NCBI GenBank assembly: GCA_965240325.2
Contig: OZ251227.1
Span: 2,542,001 to 2,606,000 of the forward strand
Direction of reading: 5' to 3'
Length of the DNA stretch: 64,000 nt
From: Rebecca billardiae RCC1528
Lineage: Eukaryota; Protista; Haptophyta
A program made the translations under genes and the position numbers. The notes under the pieces are model-generated. The model searched no databases. It saw only the letters and a list, made by a program, of their open reading frames with translations, and was not told the DNA's origin. How positions within the stretch are numbered: the first letter of the stretch is position 1; every line of letters starts with the position of its first letter. Positions 44,539 to 56,500 of the stretch are shown one piece after another.

Positions 44539-47500
44539 TCACTCCAGCTGCTCGGGCAGCGACCACTGCACCCGCCACGCGTCGAACACGTGCCGGAGCG
44601 CGCACGCGCGGCTCCACTTGCGGAGCGCGCGCGTGTACGCGCCGAACACGGTCAGCGCGCGGAGCAGCGCGCCGCGCTCCGCCACCGCGCTCGCGTACAG
44701 CGCAAACACCACCCACGCGCGCACCGCACCCCGCGCGCGCGCGCGGTTGGTTACCTCCTCCCAGCGCGCAAAGCGCGGCCCGGCGAGCACGCGCGTCGCG
44801 ATGGCGTCCGGGGCGGCGAGGAGGTACGCGGCGGCGACGTGGCGCGCCCAGCGGCGCCACGCGGCGCGCGACGCCGCGTGCCGCCGGTGCGCGCGCGTCG
44901 CGCCGCGCAGCTCGCGCGCCACCGCCCGCAGCGAGACGGCGTCGAGCCAGACGCCGAGCGCGGCCGCGAGCCGGCGTCGTAGCGCGCGCCGCGCGCTCGC
45001 GGGCGCCGCGGCCGCGGCGCGCGTGCGCGCCGCGGCGCGCGAGCCCGCCGCCCAGCCGGCGAACGCGCGCGCCGCGTCGCCCAGCTCGCGCACGGCGGCC
45101 GCGTGCGTCAGCCGCGTCGCCGCGTCGCCCTGCGCGCGCGCGCGCGCGCGCCACGCGCCGAGCGCGCCGCCGAGCCGGCTCACCGCCAGGAGGAGGGCGA
45201 CGCCGCGCGCGCGCTCGCGCGACACGTCGCGGTAGCGCGCGTAGAGCTGCCAGCGCATCACGCCGCGCGAGGCGGCGGTGAAGCGGCCGTACAGCCCGCT
45301 CTGCGCCAGCTGCGCCGACGCCACGCGCGCGTACGAGTGCCGCAGCCGCCACAGCTCGAGCGCGTCGCGCGCCGTGCGCGCGGCGTCGCGCGCCGACGCG
45401 CCGCGGCCTGCGCGGCCGGCGCGCGCCGCGCCCGCGAGCGTGTTGAAGCCGCGCCACAGCGCGGCGCGGAGGAGGCGGCGCGCGCCGAGCGCGGCGCGCG
45501 CGCGCAGCGCGCGCGTGCGCCGCCAGCCCGCCCACGACTCGCGCTGCGCGCCCGCCGACCAGCGGCGCGCCGCGCGGCGCAGCAGGCCGCCAGCGGCCGC
45601 GGCCGCGGCGGCGTGCGCGGCCCACGCGCGCAGCGCGTGCGCGGCGCGCGGCCGGTGCAGCCGCTGCGCGGCGCGGCGCGCGAGCGCGCGCGGCGCGGTG
45701 GCCGCGCGCAGCGTGCGCGCCGCGCGCGCCAGCGAGGCGTGCCGCCAGCGCAGCGCCGCCGCGGCGAGCACCGCGCCCGCGCCGTGCGAGCGCTCCACCC
45801 ACGCGCGCCACGCGTCGAGCGCGCGCGCGGGCGCGCTGAGCCGCCAGCGCGAGAGCGCGAAGTGGGCGCGGCGGCCGAGCGCGCCGGCGGCGCGCAGCGC
45901 GCGCCACGCGCCGCCGAGCGCGCCCGCGCGCCAGCCGCGCGCCGCGCGCGAGCCCAGCCGCGTCGCGCGCGCCACCTGCCGCCACGCGCCGAACGAGGCG
46001 CGGCGCGAGAGCGCGCCGCGCGCCTCGCCCGTGAACGCGCGCGCGGCGCGCAGCGCGCGCGCGCGCGCGCGCCAGCGCAGCAGCGCGAGGCGCAGCGCGG
46101 CGGCGGCCGACTGCACGCGCAGCGCGCTGGGCAGCGCGCGCGCCGCCGCCGCGTGCGTCCGCCACGCGCGCCAGCCGCCGCGCAGCGCCGCGCTGCGGCC
46201 CACGCCGAGCGCGCGCCGCGCGAGCGCGAGCCCGCGCGACGTCGCGCCGAGCCACGCGCGCAGCGCGCCGCCCGCCGCGCCGTGCTGCCAGCGCAGCACC
46301 GACGCGGCGAGGACGGCGCGCAGCCCGTGCACCAGCTCGACGTGCGTGCGCCACTGCTCGAGCGCGCGCGCCGGGCCGAGCCGCGCGGCGCGCGCGAGCG
46401 CGCGCCGCTGCAGCCGCTCGGCGCGGCCGCGCGCGGCCCAGCCGGCCCACGTGGTGCCCAGCAGCTGCCCCGACCAGTGCGAGGCGGCGGCGGCGGCGGC
46501 GGCGCGCGCGCGGCGCGCGGCGCGCGCGCGCGGCGCCCACGCGCGCAGCGCGCGCGCCTCGGCGGCGCGCGCCCACGTGCGCGCGCTCGCGCGCAGCTGC
46601 AGCAGCGCGGCCGTGCGCGCCGCCCACGCGCGCCACGCGGCGTGCACCGAGCCGAGCTCCCAGCGCACCATCGCGCCCGTCGCGGCCACGAGGCGGCGCC
46701 AGCGCGCCGCGGCCCAGCCGCGCCACGCGTCGAAGGCGAGCGCGGCGGGGCCCGCGACGAGCACGCGCGCGCCCGCGCGCTGCGTGCGCCGCGCCGCACC
46801 GAACGCGAGCCACGCGCGCCACGCGCCGCCGAGCGCGCCCGCCGCCCAGCGGCCGAGCGCGCGCCGCGCCGCGGCGCGCGCGGCGGCGCGGCGGCGGTGG
46901 CCGTCGCGCCACGCGTCGAAGAGGCGCGCCGTCGCGCCGTGCGCCCAGTCGCGCGCCGAGCGGCGCAGCAGCGCGCGCTCGCGCGCGCCCGCCGCCCAGC
47001 CGTCGAACGCCGCGTGCTGCGCGCGCATCGACCAGCGGCCGAGCGACGCGCCGAGCGTCGCGCGCGCGCCGCGCGCCGCGCGCGCGCCCCGCACCCAGCG
47101 GTGGAAGAGGCGCGCGCTCTCGCCGTGCGCGAGCGCCTGCGCCGCGCGGCGGTGCAGCGCGCGCGAGCGCGCGCGCGCCGCCCAGCCGTCGAACGCCGCC
47201 GCCTGCGCGCGCAGCGTCCACCGGCCGAGCGAGCGGCGCAGCGCGGCGCGCGCGCCGCCGACGAGGCGCGCGCCGGCCGCCCACGCGCCGAACAGCCGCG
47301 CGGCCTCGCCGCCGAGGAAGGTGCGCGCGCCGCGCAGCAGCAGCGCGCGCGACGCCGCCTCGGCGGCCCAGCTGCGCCACGACGCGCGGATCGAGCGCTG
47401 CGACCAGTGCGCCACCGTCGTCGCGAGCGCGCGCCGCGCCGCCGACGCGCGGCGCCCGCTCGCGCGCCAGCCGTCGAGCGCGCGGCCGAGCGGGCCGCGC

Positions 47501-50500
47501 GCGAGGCCGCGCGCGGCGCGGCGGAGCCCGCCGAGCATGCGCGCGGCGGCGGCCCAGCGCGCGAAGAGCGCGGCCGACGGGCCGTGCGCGAAGAGCGTCG
47601 CCGCGCGCTGCTGCAGGCCGCGCGCGCGCGCGCCCTCGCGCCAGCCGTCGAGCGCGGCGGCCGGGCCGCGCCGCGCCCAGCGGCGCGCGGCCGCGCCGAG
47701 CGCGGCGCGCGCGCCGCCGACGCGGCGCGCGCCGTCCGCCCACGCGTGGAAGAGCCGCGCGGCCTCGCCGTGCGCGAGCGCCTGCGCGGCGCGCGCGTGC
47801 AGCCGCGCGCCGCGGACCTCGGCGCGCCAGCCCGCCCACGAGCCGCGCAGCGCGCGCGCGCCCCAGTGCGCGAGCGTCGCGCGCGCCGCGCCGAGCGCGT
47901 CCGCGCGGCGCGCGTGGTCGTCGCGCCACGCGTCGAAGAGCCGGCCGAGCGCGCCGCGCGCCCAGCCGCCCGCCGAGCGGCGGAGCAGCGAGAGCTCGCG
48001 CGCGCTCGCGGCCCAGCGGCCGAGCGCGGCCGCCTGCGCGCGCATCAGCCAGCGGCCGAGCGCGCGCGTCGCGCCGCCGAGCGCCGCGCGCCGCGCGGCC
48101 ACGACTTCGCGCCAGCCGTCGAAGGCGCGCGCGCGCGCGCCGTGCAGCCAGCCGCGCGCGCCGCCGGCCATCAGCCGGCGCGCGCGCGCGCCCGCGCGCC
48201 AGCCGTCGAAGCCCGCCGCCTGCGCGCGCAGCGACCAGCGGCCGAGCGCCGCGCCGAGCGCCGCGCGCGCGCCGCGCACGGCGCGCGCGCCCTCCGCCCA
48301 CGCGCCGAAGAGCCGCGCGCTCTCGCCGTGCAGGAACGCCTGCGCCGCGCGCGCGTGCACCCGCTCGCGCGCGAGCGCGGCGCGCAGCCGGCGCCACGCG
48401 CCCGCGAGCGCGCCCGACGCCCAGCGCGCGAGCACCGCGTCCGCCGTGGCGAGCGCGGCGGCGCGGCGCGCGAGCGCGGCGCGCCACGCGTCGAAGAGCC
48501 GGCCCGGCGCGCCGCGCGACCACTCGCGCGCCGCGCGGCGCACCAGCCCGCGCGCGCGCCCCGCGGCCGCCCACGCCGCGAGCGCGCGCCGCAGCGCGCC
48601 GCCCGCCCAGCTGCGCACCGCGCCGCCGAGCGCGGCGCGCAGCGCGGCGCGCTCGGCGAGCGCGCCGCGCCACGCGTCGAAGAGGCGGCCGAGCGCCCCG
48701 CGCGCCCAGCCGCGCGCCGCGCGGCGCAGCAGCCCGCGCGCGCGCGCGTTCTGCGCCCAGCCGCCAAACGCGGCGTGCTGCGAGCGCATCGACCACCGGC
48801 CGAGCGAGCGCGCGCCGACCGCGGCCGCGCGCGCCGCGCCGCGCGCGCGCCAGCGCCAGCGCGCGAGCGCGCGCGCCCACGCGCCGTGCTGCCACGCGAG
48901 CGTGGCCGCGCGCATCGACGCGTGCGCTGCCGCCGCCGCCGCCCACGCGTTGAACGTCGCCACCGCCGCAGCGAGCTCCCAGCGCACGAGCGCGCGCGCG
49001 GCGCGCGCGCGCACGCCCTCGGCGCGCGCCGCGCGCGCGGCCCACTCGGCGAAGGCGACGCGCTGCGGCGAGAGGAGCTGCACGGCGACGCCGCGCGCGA
49101 GCGAGTCGGCGTCGCGCCGCGCGTCCGCCGCGGCGCACCACGCGCGCCACGCCGCCGCCGGCGCGCGCCGCGCCCAGATGGCGAGCGCGCCGCGCGCGAG
49201 CGCGCGCGCGGCGCGCGCGTCGACCGCGCGCGCCGCCCACGGCCGGAAGGCGGCGGCGGCGCCGCGCGCGGCCAGCCGCTGCGCGGCGCGGCGCGCGAGC
49301 GCGCGCGGCGCGGTGGCCGCGCGCAGCGTGCGCGCGCCGCGCGCGAGCGCCGCGTGCCGCCAGCGCAGCGCCGCCGCGGCGAGCACCGCGCCCGCGCCGT
49401 GCGAGCGCTCCACCCACGCGCGCCACGCGTCGAGCGCGCGCGCGGGCGCGTCCAAGTGCCGCAGGGCGAGCGCGTACCGCGCGAGGCGGCCGAGCGCGCC
49501 GGCGGCGCGCAGCACGCGCCACGCGCCGCCGAGCGCGCCCGCGCGCCAGCCGCGCGCCGCGCGCGAGCCCAGCCGCGTCGCGCGCGCCACCTGCCGCCAC
49601 GCGCCGAACGAGGCGCGGCGCGAGAGCGCGCCGCGCGCCTCGCCCGTGAACGCGCGCGCGGCGCGCAGCGCGCGCGCGCGCGCGCGCCAGCGCGCCAGCG
49701 CGAGGCGCAGCGCGGCGGCGGCCGAGCGCGCGGCGCTGGGCAGCGCGCGCGCCGCCGCCGCGTGCGTCCGCCACGCGCGCCAGCCGCCGCGCAGCGCCGC
49801 GCCGCGGCCCGCGCCGAGCGCGCGCCGCGCGAGCGCGAGCCCGCGCGACGTCGCGCCGAGCCACGCGCGCAGCGCGCCGCCCGCCGCGCCGTGCTGCCAG
49901 CGCAGCACCGACGCGGCGAGGACGGCGCGCAGCCCGTGCACCAGCTCGACGTGCGTGCGCCACTGCTCGAGAGCGCGCGCCGGGCCGAGCCGCGCGGCGC
50001 GCGCGAGCGCGCGCCGCTGCAGCCGCTCGGCGCGGCCGCGCGCCGCCCAGCGTGCAAACGCCGCGCCGGCGGCCGACTCGGCCCACCGGCCGAGCGAGCG
50101 GCGCAGCGCGGCGCGCGCGCCGCCGACGCGGCGCGCGCCGGCCGCCCACGCGCCGAAGAGCCGCGCGGCCTCGCCGCCGAGGAAGGCGCGCGCGGCGCGG
50201 AGCCGCAGCGCCGCGAGCGCGCCGTTGGCGCGCCACGCGCGCCACGCGCTCGCTACCGAGCCGCGCGCCCAGTGCGCGAGCGGGCGCGCGAGCGCCGCGC
50301 GCGCCGACGCGCGCCGCCGGTGGTCGTCGCGCCACGCGTCGAACAGCCGGCCCTGCGCGCCGTGCACCCAGCCGCGCGCCGCGCGCCGCGCGAGGCCGCG
50401 CGCGCGCGCGCTCGCCGCCCAGCCGCCAAACGCGGCCGCGCGCGAGCGCGGCGTCCAGCGGCGCACCGCCGCGCCGAGCGCGGCGCGCGCGCCGCCGACG

Positions 50501-53500
50501 CGGCGCGCGCCGTCCGCCCACGCGTGGAACAGCCGCGCGGCCTCGCCGTGCGCGAGCGCCTGCGCGGCGCGCGCCTGCAGCCGCGCGCCGCGCTCCTCTG
50601 CGCGCCAGCCGGCCCACGAGGCGCGCAGCGCGCGCGAGGCCCAGTGCGCGAGCGTCGCGCGCAGCGCGGCGCGCGCGCGCGCGTCGGCGCGCCAGCCGTC
50701 GAAGGCGCGCGCGCGCGCGCCGTGCAGCCAGCCGCGCGCGCCGCCGGCCATCAGCCGGCGCGCGCGCGCGCCCGCGCGCCAGCCGTCGAAGCCCGCCGCC
50801 TGCGCGCGCAGCGACCAGCGGCCGAGCGCCGCGCCGAGCGCCGCGCGCGCGCCGCGCACGGCGCGCGCGCCCTCCGCCCACGCGCCGAAGAGCCGCGCGC
50901 TCTCGCCGTGCAGGAACGCCTGCGCCGCGCGCGCGTGCACCCGCTCGCGCGCGAGCGCGGCGCGCAGCCGGCGCCACGCGCCCGCGAGCGCGCCCGACGC
51001 CCAGCGCGCGAGCACCGCGTCCGCCGTGGCGAGCGCGGCGGCGCGGCGCGCGAGCGCGGCGCGCCACGCGTCGAAGAGCCGGCCCGGCGCGCCGCGCGAC
51101 CACTCGCGCGCCGCGCGGCGCACCAGCCCGCGCGCGCGCCCCGCGGCCGCCCACGCCGCGAGCGCGCGCCGCGGCGCGCCGCCCGCCCAGCTGCGCACCG
51201 CGCCGCCGAGCGCGGCGCGCAGCGCGGCGCGCTCGGCGAGCGCGCCGCGCCACGCGTCGAAGAGGCGGCCGAGCGCCCCGCGCGCCCAGCCGCGCGCCGC
51301 GCGGCGCAGCAGCCCGCGCGCGCGCGCGTTCTGCGCCCAGCCGCCGAGCGCGGCCGCCTGCGAGCGCAGCGCCCACCGGCCGAGCGAGCGCGCGCCGACC
51401 GCGGCCGCGCGCGCCGCGCCGCGCGCGCGCCAGCGCCAGCGCGCGAGCGCGCGCGCCCACGCGCCGTGCTGCCACGCGAGCGTGGCCGCGCGCATCGACG
51501 CGTGCGCTGCCGCCGCCGCCGCCCACGCGTTGAACGTCGCCACCGCCGCAGCGAGCTCCCAGCGCACGAGCGCGCGCGCGGCGCGCGCGCGCACGCCCTC
51601 GGCGCGCGCCGCGCGCGCGGCCCACTCGGCGAAGGCGACGCGCTGCGGCGAGAGGAGCTGCACGGCGACGCCGCGCGCGAGCGAGTCGGCGTCGCGCCGC
51701 GCGTCCGCCGCGGCGCACCACGCGCGCCACGCCGCCGCCGGCGCGCGCCGCGCCCAGATGGCGAGCGCGCCGCGCGCGAGCGCGCGCGCGGCGCGCGCGT
51801 CGACCGCGCGCGCCGCCCACGGCCGGAAGGCGGCGGCGGCGCCGCGCGCGGCCAGCCGCTGCGCGGCGCGGCGCGCGAGCGCGCGCGGCGCGGTGGCCGC
51901 GCGCAGCGTGCGCGCGCCGCGCGCGAGCGCCGCGTGCCGCCAGCGCAGCGCCGCCGCGGCGAGCACCGCGCCCGCGCCGTGCGAGCGCTCCACCCACGCG
52001 CGCCACGCGTCGAGCGCGCGCGCGGGCGCGTCCAAGTGCCGCAGGGCGAGCGCGTACCGCGCGAGGCGGCCGAGCGCGCCGGCGGCGCGCAGCGCGCGCC
52101 ACGCGCCGCCGAGCGCGCCCGCGCGCCAGCCGCGCGCCGCGCGCGAGCCCAGCCGCGTCGCGCGCGCCACCTGCCGCCACGCGCCGAACGAGGCGCGGCG
52201 CGAGAGCGCGCCGCGCGCCTCGCCCGTGAACGCGCGCGCGGCGCGCAGCGCGCGCGCGCGCGCGCGCCAGCGCGCCAGCGCGAGGCGCAGCGCGGCGGCG
52301 GCCGAGCGCGCGGCGCTGGGCAGCGCGCGCGCCGCCGCCGCGTGCGTCCGCCACGCGCGCCAGCCGCCGCGCAGCGCCGCGCCGCGGCCCGCGCCGAGCG
52401 CGCGCCGCGCGAGCGCGAGCCCGCGCGACGTCGCGCCGAGCCACGCGCGCAGCGCGCCGCCCGCCGCGCCGTGCTGCCAGCGCAGCACCGACGCGGCGAG
52501 GACGGCGCGCAGCCCGTGCACCAGCTCGACGTGCGTGCGCCACTGCTCGAGAGCGCGCGCCGGGCCGAGCCGCGCGGCGCGCGCGAGCGCGCGCCGCTGC
52601 AGCCGCTCGGCGCGGCCGCGCGCCGCCCAGCGTGCAAACGCCGCGCCGGCGGCCGACTCGGCCCACCGGCCGAGCGAGCGGCGCAGCGCGGCGCGCGCGC
52701 CGCCGACGCGGCGCGCGCCGGCCGCCCACGCGCCGAAGAGCCGCGCGGCCTCGCCGCCGAGGAAGGCGCGCGCGGCGCGGAGCCGCAGCGCCGCGAGCGC
52801 GCCGTTGGCGCGCCACGCGCGCCACGCGCTCGCTACCGAGCCGCGCGCCCAGTGCGCGAGCGGGCGCGCGAGCGCCGCGCGCGCCGACGCGCGCCGCCGG
52901 TGGTCGTCGCGCCACGCGTCGAACAGCCGGCCCTGCGCGCCGTGCACCCAGCCGCGCGCCGCGCGCCGCGCGAGGCCGCGCGCGCGCGCGCTCGCCGCCC
53001 AGCCGCCAAACGCGGCCGCGCGCGAGCGCGGCGTCCAGCGGCGCACCGCCGCGCCGAGCGCGGCGCGCGCGCCGCCGACGCGGCGCGCGCCGTCCGCCCA
53101 CGCGTGGAACAGCCGCGCGGCCTCGCCGTGCGCGAGCGCCTGCGCGGCGCGCGCCTGCAGCCGCGCGCCGCGCTCCTCTGCGCGCCAGCCGGCCCACGAG
53201 GCGCGCAGCGCGCGCGAGGCCCAGTGCGCGAGCGTCGCGCGCAGCGCGGCGCGCGCGCGCGCGTCGGCGCGCCAGCCGTCGAAGGCGCGCGCGCGCGCGC
53301 CGTGCAGCCAGCCGCGCGCGCCGCCGGCCATCAGCCGGCGCGCGCGCGCGCCCGCGCGCCAGCCGTCGAAGCCCGCCGCCTGCGCGCGCAGCGACCAGCG
53401 GCCGAGCGCCGCGCCGAGCGCCGCGCGCGCGCCGCGCACGGCGCGCGCGCCCTCCGCCCACGCGCCGAAGAGCCGCGCGCTCTCGCCGTGCAGGAACGCC

Positions 53501-56500
53501 TGCGCCGCGCGCGCGTGCACCCGCTCGCGCGCGAGCGCGGCGCGCAGCCGGCGCCACGCGCCCGCGAGCGCGCCCGACGCCCAGCGCGCGAGCACCGCGT
53601 CCGCCGTGGCGAGCGCGGCGGCGCGGCGCGCGAGCGCGGCGCGCCACGCGTCGAAGAGCCGGCCCGGCGCGCCGCGCGACCACTCGCGCGCCGCGCGGCG
53701 CACCAGCCCGCGCGCGCGCCCCGCGGCCGCCCACGCCGCGAGCGCGCGCCGCGGCGCGCCGCCCGCCCAGCTGCGCACCGCGCCGCCGAGCGCGGCGCGC
53801 AGCGCGGCGCGCTCGGCGAGCGCGCCGCGCCACGCGTCGAAGAGGCGGCCGAGCGCCCCGCGCGCCCAGCCGCGCGCCGCGCGGCGCAGCAGCCCGCGCG
53901 CGCGCGCGTTCTGCGCCCAGCCGCCAAACGCGGCCGCCTGCGAGCGCAGCGACCAGCGGCCGAGCGACAGCCGCAGCGCGGCGGCGGCGCCGCGCAGCCG
54001 CGCGGCGTGGCGCGCCCACGCGCACAAGAGGCGCGCCGACTCGCCGTGCGCGAGCGTGCGCGCGGCGCGCAGCTGGAGGCTGCGCAGCCGCGCCGCCTCG
54101 CGCCAGCCGGCCCACGAGCCGCGCAGCTCGCGCGAGCCCCAGTGCGCGAGCGCGGCGCCGAGCGCGCGGCGCGCGGCCACGCGGCCACGCCAGCCGTCAA
54201 AGGCGCGCGCCTGCGCGCCGCGCAGCCAGCCGCGCGCGCCGCCGGCCATCAGCCGGCGCGCGCGCGCGCCCGCGCGCCAGCCGTCGAAGCCCGCCGCCAG
54301 CGCGCGCATCGACCAGCGCCGCGCGGCGAGCGCGCCCGCGCCGCGGGCACCGCCGAGCCGCGGCGCGGCGCGCGCCCACGCGCCAAAGCCGCGGCCGGCC
54401 GCGCCGCGCGCGAGCGCGAGCGCCGCGCGCCGCGTGAGCCGCCGCAGCCGCGCGGCCTCGCGCCAGCCGCGCCACGAGCCGCGCCGGGCGGCGCCGCGCC
54501 AGTCGCGCGCCGCCGCATCGAGCGTGGCGCGCGCGGCGCGCGCGGCGCGCGCCGCGCCGTGCCACGCGCCGAGCGCGCCGCCGAGCGCGCCGCCGTGCCA
54601 GCGCGCGGCGGCGGTGCGCAGCAGGTCGGCGCGCGCGCCGCGCGCGAGCCACGCCGCCCACGCGCCGCCGAGCCGCGCGAGCTCGCGGCGCGAGACGACG
54701 CCGCCGACGCGCGAGAGCAGATCGAGCCGCGCGGCCGCGCGGCCGCGCCACGTGCCGAGCGCGCGGAGCGCCGGCGGCTCGCGCAGCGCGCGCACGCCGG
54801 CGGCGAGCCGCGCGCGCGCGCGCGCGCGCGCCGCCCAGCCGCCGAGCGCGCGCGCGCGCTCGAGCCGCGCCCAGCGGCCGAGCGCCGCGCCGAGCATCGC
54901 GCGCGCGCGCTCCGCGCGGCCGTGCGCGCCGCGCCACGCGCGCCACGCCGCGGCGCACCGCGCGTGCGCCCAGCGGCCGAGCGCGCGCGCGCGCAGCGCG
55001 CGCGAGCGGCCGAGCGCCGCCCAGCGGCCGAGCGCGGCCGGCAGCGCCGCGCCGCGCCGCGCGCGCGCGCCGAGCGCGTCGAGCGCGCGCGCGAGCGCGA
55101 CGAGGTTCCACGCGGCCCACGAGGCGCGCAGCCGGCGCGCGTGCGCGCGGAACGCGCGCGCCGCGCGGCGCGCGCGCGCCGCGCGCGCCCAGTGCGCGTG
55201 GTGCGCGCCGAGCGTCGAGGCGGCGAAGCGGCGCGCGGCGCGGCGCGCGCCGCCGCGCAGCGCGGCGCTGAAGGCGGCGGCCTCGCCACGCGCGCGCCAC
55301 GCGCCGAGCGCGCGCGCCTCGGCGCGCATCGCCCAGTGGCGCGCGGTCGCGAGCAGCAGCGCGCGCGACACGGCGCGCGCCTCGAGAGACTCGAGCCACA
55401 CGCCGAACCCGGCCTCGAGCACGCGCAGCCGCGCGAGGCCGGAGCGCGCGCGCGTCTGCCGCGCGCGCGCCGCGTGCCGGAACCACGCGCCGAGCGCGGC
55501 CGCCTCCGCCTTGAGCGCGCAGAAGGTGGCGGAGCTGGCGAGCTGCGCGCGCGTGAGCGCGAGCAGCCGCGCCGCGCGCCGCGCGCGCAGCAGCGCCGCG
55601 CCGAGCGCGCCGCGCGCGTCGAGCAGCGCCGACGAGCCGAGCTGCGAGGCGAGCACGCGCGCGAGCGTCGCGGCGACGGCCCAGCGCGCGAGCGCGCGCG
55701 CGAGCGCGTGCGACGGCGCGATCGGCGCGATCAGCCGCGCGAGCGCGCGGTCGGCCGCGCCGGCGCGCCAGCCGGCGAGCGCGGCGCCGCGCGCGCCCGC
55801 CGCCCAGCGCGCCGCCGCGCCGCGCAGCACGGCCGCCGCGCCGCGCCGCGCGGCCGCCGCGTCGCGCCACGTGCCGAGCGCGCGCGCGGCCGCGCCGTGC
55901 GCGAGCCGCGCGCCCGCGCGCGCGCCGAGCGCGGCGCGCGCGCGGCCGCCGAGCGCGGCGCGGCGCCACGCGCCGAAGGCGGCGCCGCGCGTGCCCGCCG
56001 CCAGCCGGCGCAGCGCTGCGCCAAACGCGCCGCGCCGCGCGCGCGCCGCCGCCGCCGCGCCGCGCAGCGCGCGCAGCGCGCCGCCGAGCGCGCCCGCGCG
56101 CCAGCGGCGCGCGCACGCGGCGGCGCGGCGCCGCGCGTCCTCCGCCTCGCGCCACGCGCGCCACGAGCCCACCATCCGCGCGAGCTCCCAGCGCACGAGC
56201 ACCGCCGCGGCGCGCGCGCGCACGCCGAGCTCCGCGCGCGCGTGCGCGCGCAGCCGCTGCAGCGACGCGCCGAGCGGCGCGCGCAGGAAGGCGGCGGCGC
56301 CCGCGCGCAGCAGCGCGGCGGCGCGGCGCGGCGGCGCGGCGGCGCGCCACGCGCCCAGCGCCGCGGCGGTGGCGGCGTGCCGCCAGCGCGTGCCCGCCGC
56401 GCGCAGCGACGCGGCGCCGCGCCGCGCCGCCGCGCCCGCCTCCCAGCCGCGCAGCGCGCGCCGCAGCCCGCCCGAGCGCAGCTCGATGATCGAGACGCGC

